The notes: generated by a model not told the origin, from the sequence alone. Shown: positions 29,699 to 39,924, counted from the first letter of the stretch. The stretch: 64,000 nucleotides of DNA from an uncultured Desulfobacter sp. (GCA_963665095.1 OY762069.1:2560001-2624000); one strand, 5' to 3'. Numbers and translations: made by a program.

Positions 29699-30505
29699 AT
29701 GAACAAAAACATCCAGCAGATCCTGAATTCAATATTATCAGCCTTTGAATCAGGCGATATTCCAGAGGCAGTTGCAGTGGCAAGCTTCCCTATCCCGGAT
29801 ATTCCAAGCGCTCAATGGAGCTTTACGAATCGGACCATCCAGTTCATTAACAGGACCGGAGATGCACGAGGCTTCCGACAATGGAAAAATGCCGGTCGTG
29901 GCGTGAAAAAGGGTTCTAAGGCCATCTATATCCTTGTCCCCTGCTTTAAATCCCAAAACGATGATGAAACGGAGGATGAAGAGAAAATGGTGAAATATTT
30001 CAAAGCGACGCCTGTGTTCAGAGCAGAAGACACTGATGGGAAACCGTTGGATTACCAAAATATAGAGCTGCCTGATCTGCCATTAATCGAAAGAGCGAAT
30101 GACTGGGGGATAAATGTAAAAGCTGTTCCAGGCAATTACAGGTATTATGGATATTTTGACCCTGAGCAAAAAGAGATCGCTCTTGCCACATCAGCAGAAA
30201 AGACTTTTTTCCATGAACTGGCGCATGCAGCAGATCATATCATCAAGGGCGATCTTAAGCCTGGACAAAACCCGCTACAGGAGATCACAGCAGAGCTAAG
30301 TGCCCAAGCCCTTGCCCGTATTGCAGGCAAAGAAACAGGGGACACCATGGGCAACAGCTATCAGTATATCAAACGCTATGCGAAACAAATCAAGGTGAGT
30401 CCTCATAAAGCCTGCCTCAAAGTCCTTTCAGACACCGAGAAAATCTTGAATCTGATTATATATGGCAAGATTGACGGTTTCAATGATTTTCAAGATTCGG
30501 CATAA
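29699..30505 (+). CDS. ardC: ArdC-like antirestriction protein (ssDNA-binding domain plus metallopeptidase)
   Basis: WSFTNR, GFRQWKNAGRGVKKGSKAI, PVF, FHELAH, EITAE. Confidence 0.78.
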   Translation: MNKNIQQILNSILSAFESGDIPEAVAVASFPIPDIPSAQWSFTNRTIQFINRTGDARGFRQWKNAGRGVKKGSKAIYILVPCFKSQNDDETEDEEKMVKYFKATPVFRAEDTDGKPLDYQNIELPDLPLIERANDWGINVKAVPGNYRYYGYFDPEQKEIALATSAEKTFFHELAHAADHIIKGDLKPGQNPLQEITAELSAQALARIAGKETGDTMGNSYQYIKRYAKQIKVSPHKACLKVLSDTEKILNLIIYGKIDGFNDFQDSA

Positions 30506-30571
30506 AATTGTTTCTTATCCGTATTTTCCTTTGGCAAATAACCTCACCAACGCCTTCGAGGTGAGGTTATC

Positions 30572-30982
30572 ATGGAACTAAATGAACTTGAAGAAATGTT
30601 TGTATGTGATGTCGTTGTGGAAAGCAGCACTCAGGTGTATCACGAAATGCGTGATATCAAATCCTGGTCAAAGGAAGCCTTTGTCGCTTTTTATTTGGAT
30701 ACAAGGAACAAGGTCATTTCCCGTGAGATTATCAGTGTCGGCACACTGGATGCAGCCATTATCCATCCTCGTGAAGTTTTCAGGACAGCGATAATGCGTA
30801 ATGCAGCATCAGTTGTGATTGCCCACAACCATCCATCAGGCGGCCTCAGTCCAAGCAACGACGATATCGAAATCACAAAGCAGCTAACAAAGGCCGGTGA
30901 ACTAATCGGCATCCAGCTCATAGACCATGTGATTGTCTCAAGGGATGGATTCTATAGTTTCTGCGATAAGGGCGAAATATAA
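30572..30982 (+). CDS. radC: RadC-like JAB-domain protein
   Basis: GTLDAAIIHPREVF, AHNHPSG, PSNDD, LIDHVIV. Confidence 0.9.
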   Translation: MELNELEEMFVCDVVVESSTQVYHEMRDIKSWSKEAFVAFYLDTRNKVISREIISVGTLDAAIIHPREVFRTAIMRNAASVVIAHNHPSGGLSPSNDDIEITKQLTKAGELIGIQLIDHVIVSRDGFYSFCDKGEI

Positions 30983-31000
30983 CAGCTCTGAGATTTATTA

Positions 31001-31146
31001 ACAGCTCAGGATTATACAGTTGACTGACTCTGATCGATTCTGGGCATGGCAGGTCTTTTTTACTTCACCGTCGGTGCACCCCCAAGATCCCCCCCTATGG
31101 AGGCGGTTTTCGGGCATTTCTGGCGAAATGAACACCCTAAATCAGC
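31001..31146. repeat. 146-bp structured repeat, copy A
   Basis: 133/146 identical by hand alignment to 33312-33457, same orientation. Confidence 0.92.
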
Positions 31147-31219
31147 ACCTTAATAGAACTGCGATAGATAGATGGTTAGGGTGTTTACACCTCATAATTC
31201 AACTATAAAAGATATGTCT

Positions 31220-31450
31220 CTACCATATTTTTTGCAACAAAAAGAAGCCACCTAAACTCAAAATAATCCCAAGGACATATGTATAAAGAGTATAAAATTT
31301 TTTTAACATTTGTGTAGTCTTTTTATTCATTCTTTTTTTCCCAATTACTATCTCATTTAATAATAAAAAATATCTCACAAAAAATTTGTTTAATGAAATC
31401 AGTGATAAACCAAGTAAAATTAAAAACATACTAAAAAACTTTAAATTCAT
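31220..31450 (-). CDS. Putative 2-TM immunity protein for the orphan Rhs tip
   Basis: ATGA overlap with the orphan tip ORF; two hydrophobic segments. Confidence 0.6.
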   Translation of the reverse strand: MNLKFFSMFLILLGLSLISLNKFFVRYFLLLNEIVIGKKRMNKKTTQMLKKFYTLYTYVLGIILSLGGFFLLQKIW

Positions 31451-31953
31451 TTTTCTTCTCCTCCATCAGATGTCTTATGACTATCAGATTTGCTACTTGA
31501 ACCTGTTGGAAAACTAATCATTTGATAAGATATTTTGTCAGATGTTCCAACATCATTTGATCCTACATCTTCAAATAAATCTAAATCATCTGATGCAGAT
31601 GCAGTTGCATGAGCTTTGCCTGTATTATCAAACACTTTTGGGGTGACTTCCGCAAATTCAGATAAAGTTTTATCAACTTTAGATAATTGCTTCTCTGACA
31701 ATAAATCTGTCCTTCCCATCCTATACATCGCACCAGATGGACCTGGATTGCTTATTGGACCAGACAAGGCATCAGCAATATCCAATTCCAAAGCAATTCT
31801 ATTGTCAATGTTGGTTGGATCTTGATAAGCATTAATCATACTTATTGTTAGACTAACTGCGTCAATTGTTGCTTCCAAGGCCGAATATATTACTGCGATA
31901 GCCACCACTGAGTTTGGTTCACGACCATCAGGATCTGTATACTTATAAGGATT
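31447..31953 (-). pseudogene. Orphan Rhs C-terminal tip cassette
   Basis: Starts with the core-end motif NPYKYTDPDGR; 32 bp (31922-31953) identical to 34431-34462. Confidence 0.8.
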
Positions 31954-32028
31954 GTCTTCTTGAGGGTATTCTGCTAACATTTACTATCATTTCTCCGAGT
32001 TAATCTTATCTCAAATTACGACTTCATG

Positions 32029-32099
32029 ATTGATAACTTAGACACGGCTGTATGGATGGGCTGAAATACCCGAGGATAATCCTGTGGACAGTTATCAAT
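32029..32099 (+). ncRNA. Candidate IS110 bridge/seek RNA stem-loop domain
   Basis: 10-bp stem ATTGATAACT/AGTTATCAAT enclosing CACGG/CTGTG, two 10-nt internal loop strands and a GGG/CCC hairpin, directly before the RBS of the IS110 gene. Confidence 0.5.
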
Positions 32100-32113
32100 T
32101 GGAGGTAAATATC

Positions 32114-33235
32114 ATGTACTGCGGAATTGATGTAGCTAAAAACAAATCCAATATCTGTATAATGGATAGTCAAAACAACATCATCAGCGAGTTTGATATA
32201 GTACATGATAAGTCTGGATTTAATAAACTTATTGGTAAATTGACACATGATACAAAGATAGGAATGGAAGTTACAGGTAACTATTCAAAAGCATTGTATA
32301 ACTTTCTGAAAGATATATATGATGTCTGCTTTCTTGACAGCAATCAGATAAAGAACTTTGCAAAGTTCCATTCTCCTTTGGTAAAGAATGACGTCATTGA
32401 TGCAAGAATCATTGCAAAAGCACTTGTATATGGATTGAAAGAGATAAAGCCTATCAAGGTTGATGAGCTCAAGGATTTATGCAAACTATATCAGAAGTCA
32501 ATCAATCAGCTAATAAAATACAAATGCATGTTCAAGGATCAGTTGAATATCATCTTTCCTGAAGCTGAAAGATTATTAACTTCAAAGTTCAATAAAGGTA
32601 TATGTAACTTACTCTTGAGATATTCTTCACCTTCAGATATTAATACTGCTTCTTTAGAGGCGATTAGAGATGCGATGAACAGTGGTCTGAAGATAAAGAC
32701 TTTTGGAATCAAAAAGGCTCAGGAAATCAAGGAACTTGCTTCTGAATCGGTTGGAATTCGAGATTATCCTACAAACTGCTTTAAGCAGACAATTAAGATA
32801 ATGTTCTTCTATCACAATATGATTGAAGAATTGATTATTGAAATGGAAAAAGCAGTGATGAAAACACCTTATTCCAGATTGATGGATAGATACGGTTACA
32901 ATCTTATTGGACTTTCTGTACTTGTTTCAGAAATAGGCGATATCAGAAGGTTTGCAACGCACAAGAAGATTGTAAGCTACTGCGGGTATTCTATCACAGA
33001 ATCAAGGTCAGGAGTGTCTGTAAACAAGAAAGGACATTTATCAAAGCGAGGTAATGCAAATATTAGGCATGTGCTATATGTACAGGTGATGTCACATCTT
33101 CGAAGAAAGACTGATCTTAATGACTTCTATCAAAGATTGAAATCAAAAGGAAAACATGCAAACCAATGCATGACAGCAGTTGCAAGAAAACTTGCTGTAA
33201 GGACGTATTATGATATGATGAAGTGTCACCAATAG
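32114..33235 (+). CDS. IS110-family DEDD recombinase/transposase
   Basis: GIDVAK, GMEVTG, KNDVIDA, EIGDIRRF, SRSG catalytic Ser loop, SKRGN, AVARKL; RBS GGAGGT. Confidence 0.93.
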   Translation: MYCGIDVAKNKSNICIMDSQNNIISEFDIVHDKSGFNKLIGKLTHDTKIGMEVTGNYSKALYNFLKDIYDVCFLDSNQIKNFAKFHSPLVKNDVIDARIIAKALVYGLKEIKPIKVDELKDLCKLYQKSINQLIKYKCMFKDQLNIIFPEAERLLTSKFNKGICNLLLRYSSPSDINTASLEAIRDAMNSGLKIKTFGIKKAQEIKELASESVGIRDYPTNCFKQTIKIMFFYHNMIEELIIEMEKAVMKTPYSRLMDRYGYNLIGLSVLVSEIGDIRRFATHKKIVSYCGYSITESRSGVSVNKKGHLSKRGNANIRHVLYVQVMSHLRRKTDLNDFYQRLKSKGKHANQCMTAVARKLAVRTYYDMMKCHQ

Positions 33236-33311
33236 TGAAAACTTTGTCAACTTTATCGACGAGAGAACGACAAAATATAAATATGAGTTGCAATATCTCC
33301 AATAGATATTG

Positions 33312-33457
33312 ACAGCTCAGGATTATACAGTCGACTGACTCTGATCGATTCTGGGCATGGCAGGTCTTTTTTACTTCACCGTCGGTGCACACCCAAGTGA
33401 ACACCCTATAGTGGCAGATTTCGGGCATTTCCGGCGAAATGAACCCCCTAAATCAGC
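33312..33457. repeat. 146-bp structured repeat, copy B
   Basis: Second copy, 76 bp downstream of the IS110 stop. Confidence 0.92.
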
Positions 33458-33570
33458 CGGGAGTAAGGACTTATCTTATATTTAGTTTAGGGTGGGTAAA
33501 GAAGAACTTAAGGCAGAAGTTAAAGGTAAGAAGTTGATTATTGAAGAAGTAGAAAAATAATTTGGGATTA

Positions 33571-33858
33571 TTATTTAAGATACATAATAATTGGAAATAA
33601 TAAAAATAATAAGCAGATAAATAAATATAAATAAGCTACTATTTTTACTACAATTTCTCCTTCGTGATAGCCAAAAAATATATGTACTAACTTTCCTGTA
33701 AATTTATATTCAATGAATCTATACAACATAATTGAGATTATGATTCCAAGTGCAAATAGGAATGGTGATAGACTATTATACGATAATGTAAATATTATCA
33801 CATAGATTAAACATGTAAGTAATGCAAATTTTTTTTGGGATTTTGTCATATCACTCAT
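33571..33858 (-). CDS. Putative 3-TM immunity protein
   Basis: ATG 1 nt after the Rhs stop; hydrophobic. Confidence 0.6.
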   Translation of the reverse strand: MSDMTKSQKKFALLTCLIYVIIFTLSYNSLSPFLFALGIIISIMLYRFIEYKFTGKLVHIFFGYHEGEIVVKIVAYLYLFICLLFLLFPIIMYLK

Positions 33859-33859
33859 T

Positions 33860-35041
33860 TTAATATCCCCCCCCATATTCATCAATCTTATTACCCTCTT
33901 TTAAATCATTTTTAGAGTAATAATAAGCTTGATAACCGGCTGTAATTGGTGATTGCACTATACCGGAATAAGGTATATACCCTAATCCATTCCAAAGTCC
34001 CAGTGCCCACTTACGTTTAAATAATGCTTCCCCCGCTTGTGCAGTGGTTATTGCATTGCCACCAATACCCACTGCACCCTTAGCATATTTATTAGTTAAG
34101 GGCTTATATAAACTTGTAGCTCCAATTGCAACATTCGTACTGATTACCCTTGCATCAGAATCGATTCTCCAAGGGTTTGCATTATCATTAGCAATAATAT
34201 CATTCAAACTCATTGTTGTGCCATCAGTAGTTTTCACATTATAGTCATATTTAGGTTCTACACCAACCCTTTTCCCTTCAGAATCAAATACAGGTTCGAA
34301 AGTTACACTTGGTGCCCCTGATAATTCACCTATTAATTCATTATCCACATATATATTATGATGTGTAGATGTGATTTTATTACCATTTTTATCAGTAGTA
34401 GTTGTTTGTTCCTTTTTATGTTCAACAAACCGACCATCAGGATCTGTATACTTATAAGGATTATTCAATTCAAATGCATACCGATTAAGATTCTGAGGGT
34501 TGTAAACATCCATCAATGGATCTGGTTGTGTAAATATCCTCTTTGAAGAATCGTAATATCGAGCACCGAAGTAATTCAGTCCAGTATCATCAAGTCCTTT
34601 TCCCTCATATCCTCTTTCAACATCCCCCACTTGCTTTCCAAACGGATAATATGATACTTCTCTAACAACATCTCCAGAGCTATTAGTAACAACGGAAGAA
34701 CTACCAAGATGATCACCATGTACAAATTCATCACCAATAGCAACAAGTTCATCTGCATAGACATAGACAACATCAAAAGAACCAGAACTATTAATCACTT
34801 TAGTATAATCTCCAAAGTAATAGACAGTTTCATATGAATTGTTCTTCATGACCCTATTACCATTATAATCGTATTTATAATTTTCTGTGAAATTTGATGA
34901 ATTTACGTGAATCAACTGATTAAATGAATCATAGGTATAGGTGTATTCTCCATCATATATCATGTTTCCATTTGCATCGTAATCAATTGCATAGCATACA
35001 GGAAGCAGTACAATCATCCAAATTAATAGCAACTTTTTCAT
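33860..35041 (-). CDS. Short Rhs core plus variable tip, with its own signal peptide
   Basis: MKKLLLIWMIVLLPVCYA, YDANGN, DHLGSS, YYPFG, GLNYFGARYYD, QPDP, NNPYKYTDPDG. Confidence 0.88.
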   Translation of the reverse strand: MKKLLLIWMIVLLPVCYAIDYDANGNMIYDGEYTYTYDSFNQLIHVNSSNFTENYKYDYNGNRVMKNNSYETVYYFGDYTKVINSSGSFDVVYVYADELVAIGDEFVHGDHLGSSSVVTNSSGDVVREVSYYPFGKQVGDVERGYEGKGLDDTGLNYFGARYYDSSKRIFTQPDPLMDVYNPQNLNRYAFELNNPYKYTDPDGRFVEHKKEQTTTTDKNGNKITSTHHNIYVDNELIGELSGAPSVTFEPVFDSEGKRVGVEPKYDYNVKTTDGTTMSLNDIIANDNANPWRIDSDARVISTNVAIGATSLYKPLTNKYAKGAVGIGGNAITTAQAGEALFKRKWALGLWNGLGYIPYSGIVQSPITAGYQAYYYSKNDLKEGNKIDEYGGGY

Positions 35042-38000
35042 TGTACACTCACCTGCATATTTTCAATGGTCTCATTGTTAACTGATAAAGAGACCGAATA
35101 ATACCCAGACCCTGGATAATCATATCCAATGTAATTGAATCCTGTCGCATTCGCATCAAGGCTCATATTTCCTGTAAGATTTATAGCACCAGTATCAAGA
35201 TTCCAACTTATCACCTTGCTGGTATTATATTTGTTCCATATCTTAAACTCAAATATATCAGTAAGATAATTGAAATCTAAAACATCAATATCTCCTGATA
35301 CATCAAATGTAGTAACCCTTGCCAATTCATCATTGATATATAATTGTGCATGTTTTCCACCTGCATAATCGTATTCATATTCAATATAATTAAAGATCAT
35401 ATTATCTATTACATTACTTCCATCAATCATACCCTCACCAGTATCAATGCTCCAATTGTAATCAGTATCATTACTAAGATTATCAACTGTAAAATCAAAT
35501 ACGACGGTCTTATTATCAGAGGATAATGCTGTGAATTTTTTAGCTGCTATGGAATTAAATTCATAAATTATACTTGGTGCATGAGGTAATAAATAATCAT
35601 ATCCAATATAAAATCCAGGATCAGAAATACCAAGCAAATTTCCAATAGAATTATAGCTAAAAATCATATCAAACACTCCTGTTTTATTCGATGCTACCAA
35701 CCTATCCAGATCGTCATATTCCATGGTTGTATTTTTGGAATTGACTGAATCTTCAATTTTGACAATATTCCCGACTGAATCAAATTCATATCCTAAATCC
35801 TGAATACTGCTTGTCTTTATCTCTTCTAACCTAAAGTTTTCAGAATCATATGAATACTCTGTCACAAGATTATTTGCATATGTCTTATTGATAATGAATC
35901 CGACAGAATTATAATTGAAATTATCAATAACATCTGAAATGCTCTCAACTAGGTTCTGGTCATTATAGGTATAAATCAGGTCCTTTGATGGGATAGACTT
36001 GTTGAGTACCCTATCCATAGAGTCGTATGTCAACTGGTCTACAAAAGTATAACCATCAATTTTCCTTGTCTCTGTTGTGACCCTATACCTATCATCGTAA
36101 ACATATGTGGTCTCTGTACTGTCATTTACACCATACAATGTCCCATTCAATTCAACATCATAGGAATACTCAATATCTTCTTTTGTTAAAATCCTATCAA
36201 GGGCATCATATGTCATATTAATTGTATTTATTTCATCCGTTTGAGATATCAAATTTCCGTTTGCATCGTAATTATAATTCACAGTGCCTGAGTCCGGGTC
36301 TTCTTGAGATATTCTTCTTCCAAGAGAATCAAACTCGTATTGCCATTCATTATCCAAATTATCTGTAATCTTGACCAAATTTCCAAGTGAATCATATTCA
36401 TAGGTTGTATTATAGATTTCATTTTCATTGTATTCTCGTACAGTAATTACCCGTCCATATGCATCCTTATCGAACTCTTTTTTATTTCCATTCTCATCTG
36501 TCACAATTTCAGTCCAATGATCATACTCAGTACTTTTACTTGTCCCATCAGGATTTATCACTTCAACGACTCTTTTTACTGCATCATAGACAGTTATTGA
36601 CTGATTGACTGTTTGTGGATTAGAATAGTTCTCGAAGAATTCAATCATGTATGGATTATCTCTTTGCACAGGCAATCCATCTTCATCATAATAGACATTA
36701 TTGACAATCTGGCCTGATTCTGCATCAGTCTTCATCTGTATCCATCTGCCATATCCATCATAGAATACATAAGTGTCATATGTATCTGTTCCAGACTCCT
36801 TTTGCTTAGTTACGATTGACTCAGGCGCAATACCATCAAAGTCATAGATGTATTCTTTTGTAGGATTTGAAACAGAATCATAAGGCTTAATCTCTTTCAA
36901 TTGCCTTCCAAATACATCATATGTGTAGTTTGTAGCAATCCTGTTCGAATCAATCTCTGCAAGGACATTGCCAGTTGAAAAGTCATAATCGTATTCAATT
37001 GTATGACCTTTTGGATTTGTTGATTTAGTCAAGAAAGTACCAGTACTATCATACTCATTAATAGTTGAATATCCTCTCGCGTCTGTTGAATTGATTACAT
37101 TTCTAAACAAGTCATATTCATAGTATTCATTCAGGTCTGAACCCGTATCTAACCAATACTTTATCCTTGTAATGTCTCCGATGATTGGTGGCTCACCATA
37201 TCCTAAGTTATCATAGTAGTAGCTGGCTTCTCTTATTTTGCTGAAATCAGAATCATAGATTGAATTCTTTTTCGGAGTATTTACTATCCATGCAGTCTCA
37301 TTATAGGCATATTCAGTGTAATTATAATATTCATCACCAGAGATAGATATATCCCCAAGATAGCTGGTCTTATTTATATTTCCATAACCATCATATTCAA
37401 ACGTAGTATTTACGACTTTTGGGCCTGTAGTAGAACCATCAAAGATATATTCTTCTTGGGCATCCAGATGCGAGATGAAATGATCATCAACTGTTGAACT
37501 GCTCCAAAGATATGAGATGTTCTGGAATGGTGCTTGTGATTTATTCAATATTGTCTCTTCATACAATTTCGACTTTAAATCATCAGATTGATGATAACGA
37601 TCCTGGATAATGGCATTATCTTTCGTCTGGATTGCATACTTGAATCCTCTGAACTCTCTATCTTCATAATCATGGACACCGCCTGAAAAGTTATAGGAAA
37701 TAGTTATTAAATTTTGATGATCTCCATCCATGCCATTAAATTTTTCAATCGAATCTACAACCCATAAATTATATCCTAAATCAGAGAATGAATCATCGCC
37801 AGAATTGTTCAACTGTGTCGAAGGCTTGTAATTAATAGTAATATTGCCTCCCAATGGGTGATAGATCCTTTTTAAGAGATAAGAACCTGCTGCATTGTTA
37901 ATCCAAGCATGTCTGGTGCTGTCTATTCCTCGAAGCAAATCAGTGTAACCATCTCCATTCACATCAGATAATCTTAGACCTAAATCATGACTATCGGAAT

Positions 38001-39915
38001 CAATAAAATCCATTACCGGTTCCCAATTGTCATCCCTTACCCAGCCTGTGCCATTATTGATCCAAGCTTTTTCATTATTGTTATTGCCATGTAGAATATC
38101 AACCAATCCATCACCAGTAACATCAGCAAGTCTCACTCCAAGTTCTCTGTTTCCATATGGGGCTACAAAACATACATCATCATCAGTTGGGAAATACCAG
38201 TTATGGTCTTGAGTCCATCCTGTTCCAGTATTGATCCAGATATCTTTACCACTGCTTCCACAATTACCAGTGCTTGTCTCCATTGCTCTTAAAATATCGG
38301 TCAATCCATCTCCATTTATATCAACTAACCTTACGCCTAAATCATCTCCACCATTGTCATTCAGACAAGTCGGTATTCTCCAAGTAGTATCACCATCAAA
38401 TCCATTCCCTGTATTGATATAAGTGTCTCTTTGGTCTGTAGAACAGCTCCCTCCATATTCATATCCTCTGACAATATCTAAAAGTCCATCTCCATTGACA
38501 TCAGATTCAATAATTCCCATAGTACCCCCAGTTGAAGTTACAAAACACTTTGGTGGTTGCCAAGAATCATTATTAACCCAATCAGTTCCATTGTTTATAT
38601 AAGCGGTCTTCTCACTATCCCCGCAAATACTTGCAGAATATCTACCTTTCAAAATATCTGGGTAGCCATCATTGTTCAAATCAACGATTCTTATACCCAT
38701 ATCTTCTCCGTTCTCTCCTGCGATATATGCAGGTGGAGCCCAATTGTCATTATTATACCATCCTGAACCATAATTAATATAAGCAGTTTTTGAACCCCCA
38801 CTTACAGTGTCTTCTCCCTTTACCATATCCATGAGCCCATCTCTATTTACGTCTGTAAATCTAGTACCCTCATCTTCATGATAACCATCTTCAAGAAATT
38901 TTTCAGGAGGATCCCATGTACTGTCACCTAACCACCCAGATGTTAACTCTTCATATTCAAATTTAATAGGCGGCAATGCAGTTGAATTATCATTGCCATA
39001 TTGGGTGATATTTGAGACTGATACAATAGTATTGATTCCAAGATTTTGATAGCTGAAATGGTATCTTCTGACTAAAGAATCATTATAGAATACATTGATA
39101 TCAGAAAGCATTCGAACCTGAGAAAATTTATTGCCGTTTACATATGACTCAAGGAGATTCTCTCTATCACTTGTTTCATATTCAAATTCTATTGATCTTA
39201 ATCTATCATTATTGTATTCAATTTTATCCATATATACGGCAGCAGAATCACCTGGGAACGGATCTTCATTATAATAATAATATATAGAGTTATCATGTAT
39301 ATCATTGACCTGCTCTAAACTCCACTTATATACAAAATTGTTACTATATGTTGAGACATGCTCGCTTTGGTTAGTATAGCCGAAGGTATACGCTGTACCA
39401 TCTTTAGCCTTTACAATCCAATAATCCCCATTAGAATTATCTCCATCTGTCTTTTTTTCGATATGCAGATAAGACTCGATTTTAGTGACATAAATAGAAT
39501 CATTTATAGGAATCAGATCATAACTCTGACCGTTTAAGGATAATTTATATTCATCATCTGAAGTATCGCTTTTTGTATAGTTGATATCTCGAAATACATA
39601 ATCATCTGATAATGTCCATCCCGAGCCGACTATTGAATATTTGTCGGTTGCAGAGTGACTATTGTATGAAACGGATATATGAGGAGACAAACCATTTGTA
39701 CCAGCTGGTACGCTTATAGGGTAATCGTATGTGAATGACCCCATATTCAGGCTTGTAGTACCGTAATTGGCATCCATATATTTATATTCAGGACTTACAG
39801 GATCATGCAAAAACGGCTGATATGTTATTATAGGATCGGCTTGAACAATGACTGGAATAAAGAATAAAGCCAGTAATACTACAATAATTCCTTTTAGATT
39901 TTTTCCTTTGTTCAT
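35038..39915 (-). CDS. Large secreted TcB/Rhs-shell protein (SpvB-like, FG-GAP/VCBS, toxin-mid, YD repeats, C-terminal Ig-like region)
   Basis: Signal peptide, VPAGTNGLSP...YNS...GSGW, repeated DVNGDGLxD, REFRGF, many YD repeats; no DPxG core. Confidence 0.88.
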   Translation of the reverse strand: MNKGKNLKGIIVVLLALFFIPVIVQADPIITYQPFLHDPVSPEYKYMDANYGTTSLNMGSFTYDYPISVPAGTNGLSPHISVSYNSHSATDKYSIVGSGWTLSDDYVFRDINYTKSDTSDDEYKLSLNGQSYDLIPINDSIYVTKIESYLHIEKKTDGDNSNGDYWIVKAKDGTAYTFGYTNQSEHVSTYSNNFVYKWSLEQVNDIHDNSIYYYYNEDPFPGDSAAVYMDKIEYNNDRLRSIEFEYETSDRENLLESYVNGNKFSQVRMLSDINVFYNDSLVRRYHFSYQNLGINTIVSVSNITQYGNDNSTALPPIKFEYEELTSGWLGDSTWDPPEKFLEDGYHEDEGTRFTDVNRDGLMDMVKGEDTVSGGSKTAYINYGSGWYNNDNWAPPAYIAGENGEDMGIRIVDLNNDGYPDILKGRYSASICGDSEKTAYINNGTDWVNNDSWQPPKCFVTSTGGTMGIIESDVNGDGLLDIVRGYEYGGSCSTDQRDTYINTGNGFDGDTTWRIPTCLNDNGGDDLGVRLVDINGDGLTDILRAMETSTGNCGSSGKDIWINTGTGWTQDHNWYFPTDDDVCFVAPYGNRELGVRLADVTGDGLVDILHGNNNNEKAWINNGTGWVRDDNWEPVMDFIDSDSHDLGLRLSDVNGDGYTDLLRGIDSTRHAWINNAAGSYLLKRIYHPLGGNITINYKPSTQLNNSGDDSFSDLGYNLWVVDSIEKFNGMDGDHQNLITISYNFSGGVHDYEDREFRGFKYAIQTKDNAIIQDRYHQSDDLKSKLYEETILNKSQAPFQNISYLWSSSTVDDHFISHLDAQEEYIFDGSTTGPKVVNTTFEYDGYGNINKTSYLGDISISGDEYYNYTEYAYNETAWIVNTPKKNSIYDSDFSKIREASYYYDNLGYGEPPIIGDITRIKYWLDTGSDLNEYYEYDLFRNVINSTDARGYSTINEYDSTGTFLTKSTNPKGHTIEYDYDFSTGNVLAEIDSNRIATNYTYDVFGRQLKEIKPYDSVSNPTKEYIYDFDGIAPESIVTKQKESGTDTYDTYVFYDGYGRWIQMKTDAESGQIVNNVYYDEDGLPVQRDNPYMIEFFENYSNPQTVNQSITVYDAVKRVVEVINPDGTSKSTEYDHWTEIVTDENGNKKEFDKDAYGRVITVREYNENEIYNTTYEYDSLGNLVKITDNLDNEWQYEFDSLGRRISQEDPDSGTVNYNYDANGNLISQTDEINTINMTYDALDRILTKEDIEYSYDVELNGTLYGVNDSTETTYVYDDRYRVTTETRKIDGYTFVDQLTYDSMDRVLNKSIPSKDLIYTYNDQNLVESISDVIDNFNYNSVGFIINKTYANNLVTEYSYDSENFRLEEIKTSSIQDLGYEFDSVGNIVKIEDSVNSKNTTMEYDDLDRLVASNKTGVFDMIFSYNSIGNLLGISDPGFYIGYDYLLPHAPSIIYEFNSIAAKKFTALSSDNKTVVFDFTVDNLSNDTDYNWSIDTGEGMIDGSNVIDNMIFNYIEYEYDYAGGKHAQLYINDELARVTTFDVSGDIDVLDFNYLTDIFEFKIWNKYNTSKVISWNLDTGAINLTGNMSLDANATGFNYIGYDYPGSGYYSVSLSVNNETIENMQVSVQ

Positions 39916-39924
39916 CTAAACCAC

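Noticed and set aside
31131..31185. Integron attC site
   Set aside because: Inverted repeat follows a gene as attC would, but does not fit RYYYAAC/GTTRRRY, and the integrase at 23885 does not look like IntI; kept only as an analogy
31954..33330. Exact ends of an IS110 insertion sequence
   Set aside because: No duplicated core or clear left end could be identified by eye, so only the gene and candidate RNA are reported
33117..33428. ORFs running through the 146-bp repeat (also 31020-31208)
   Set aside because: No RBS or motif, the frames are not preserved equivalently in both copies, and one overlaps the IS110 gene antisense
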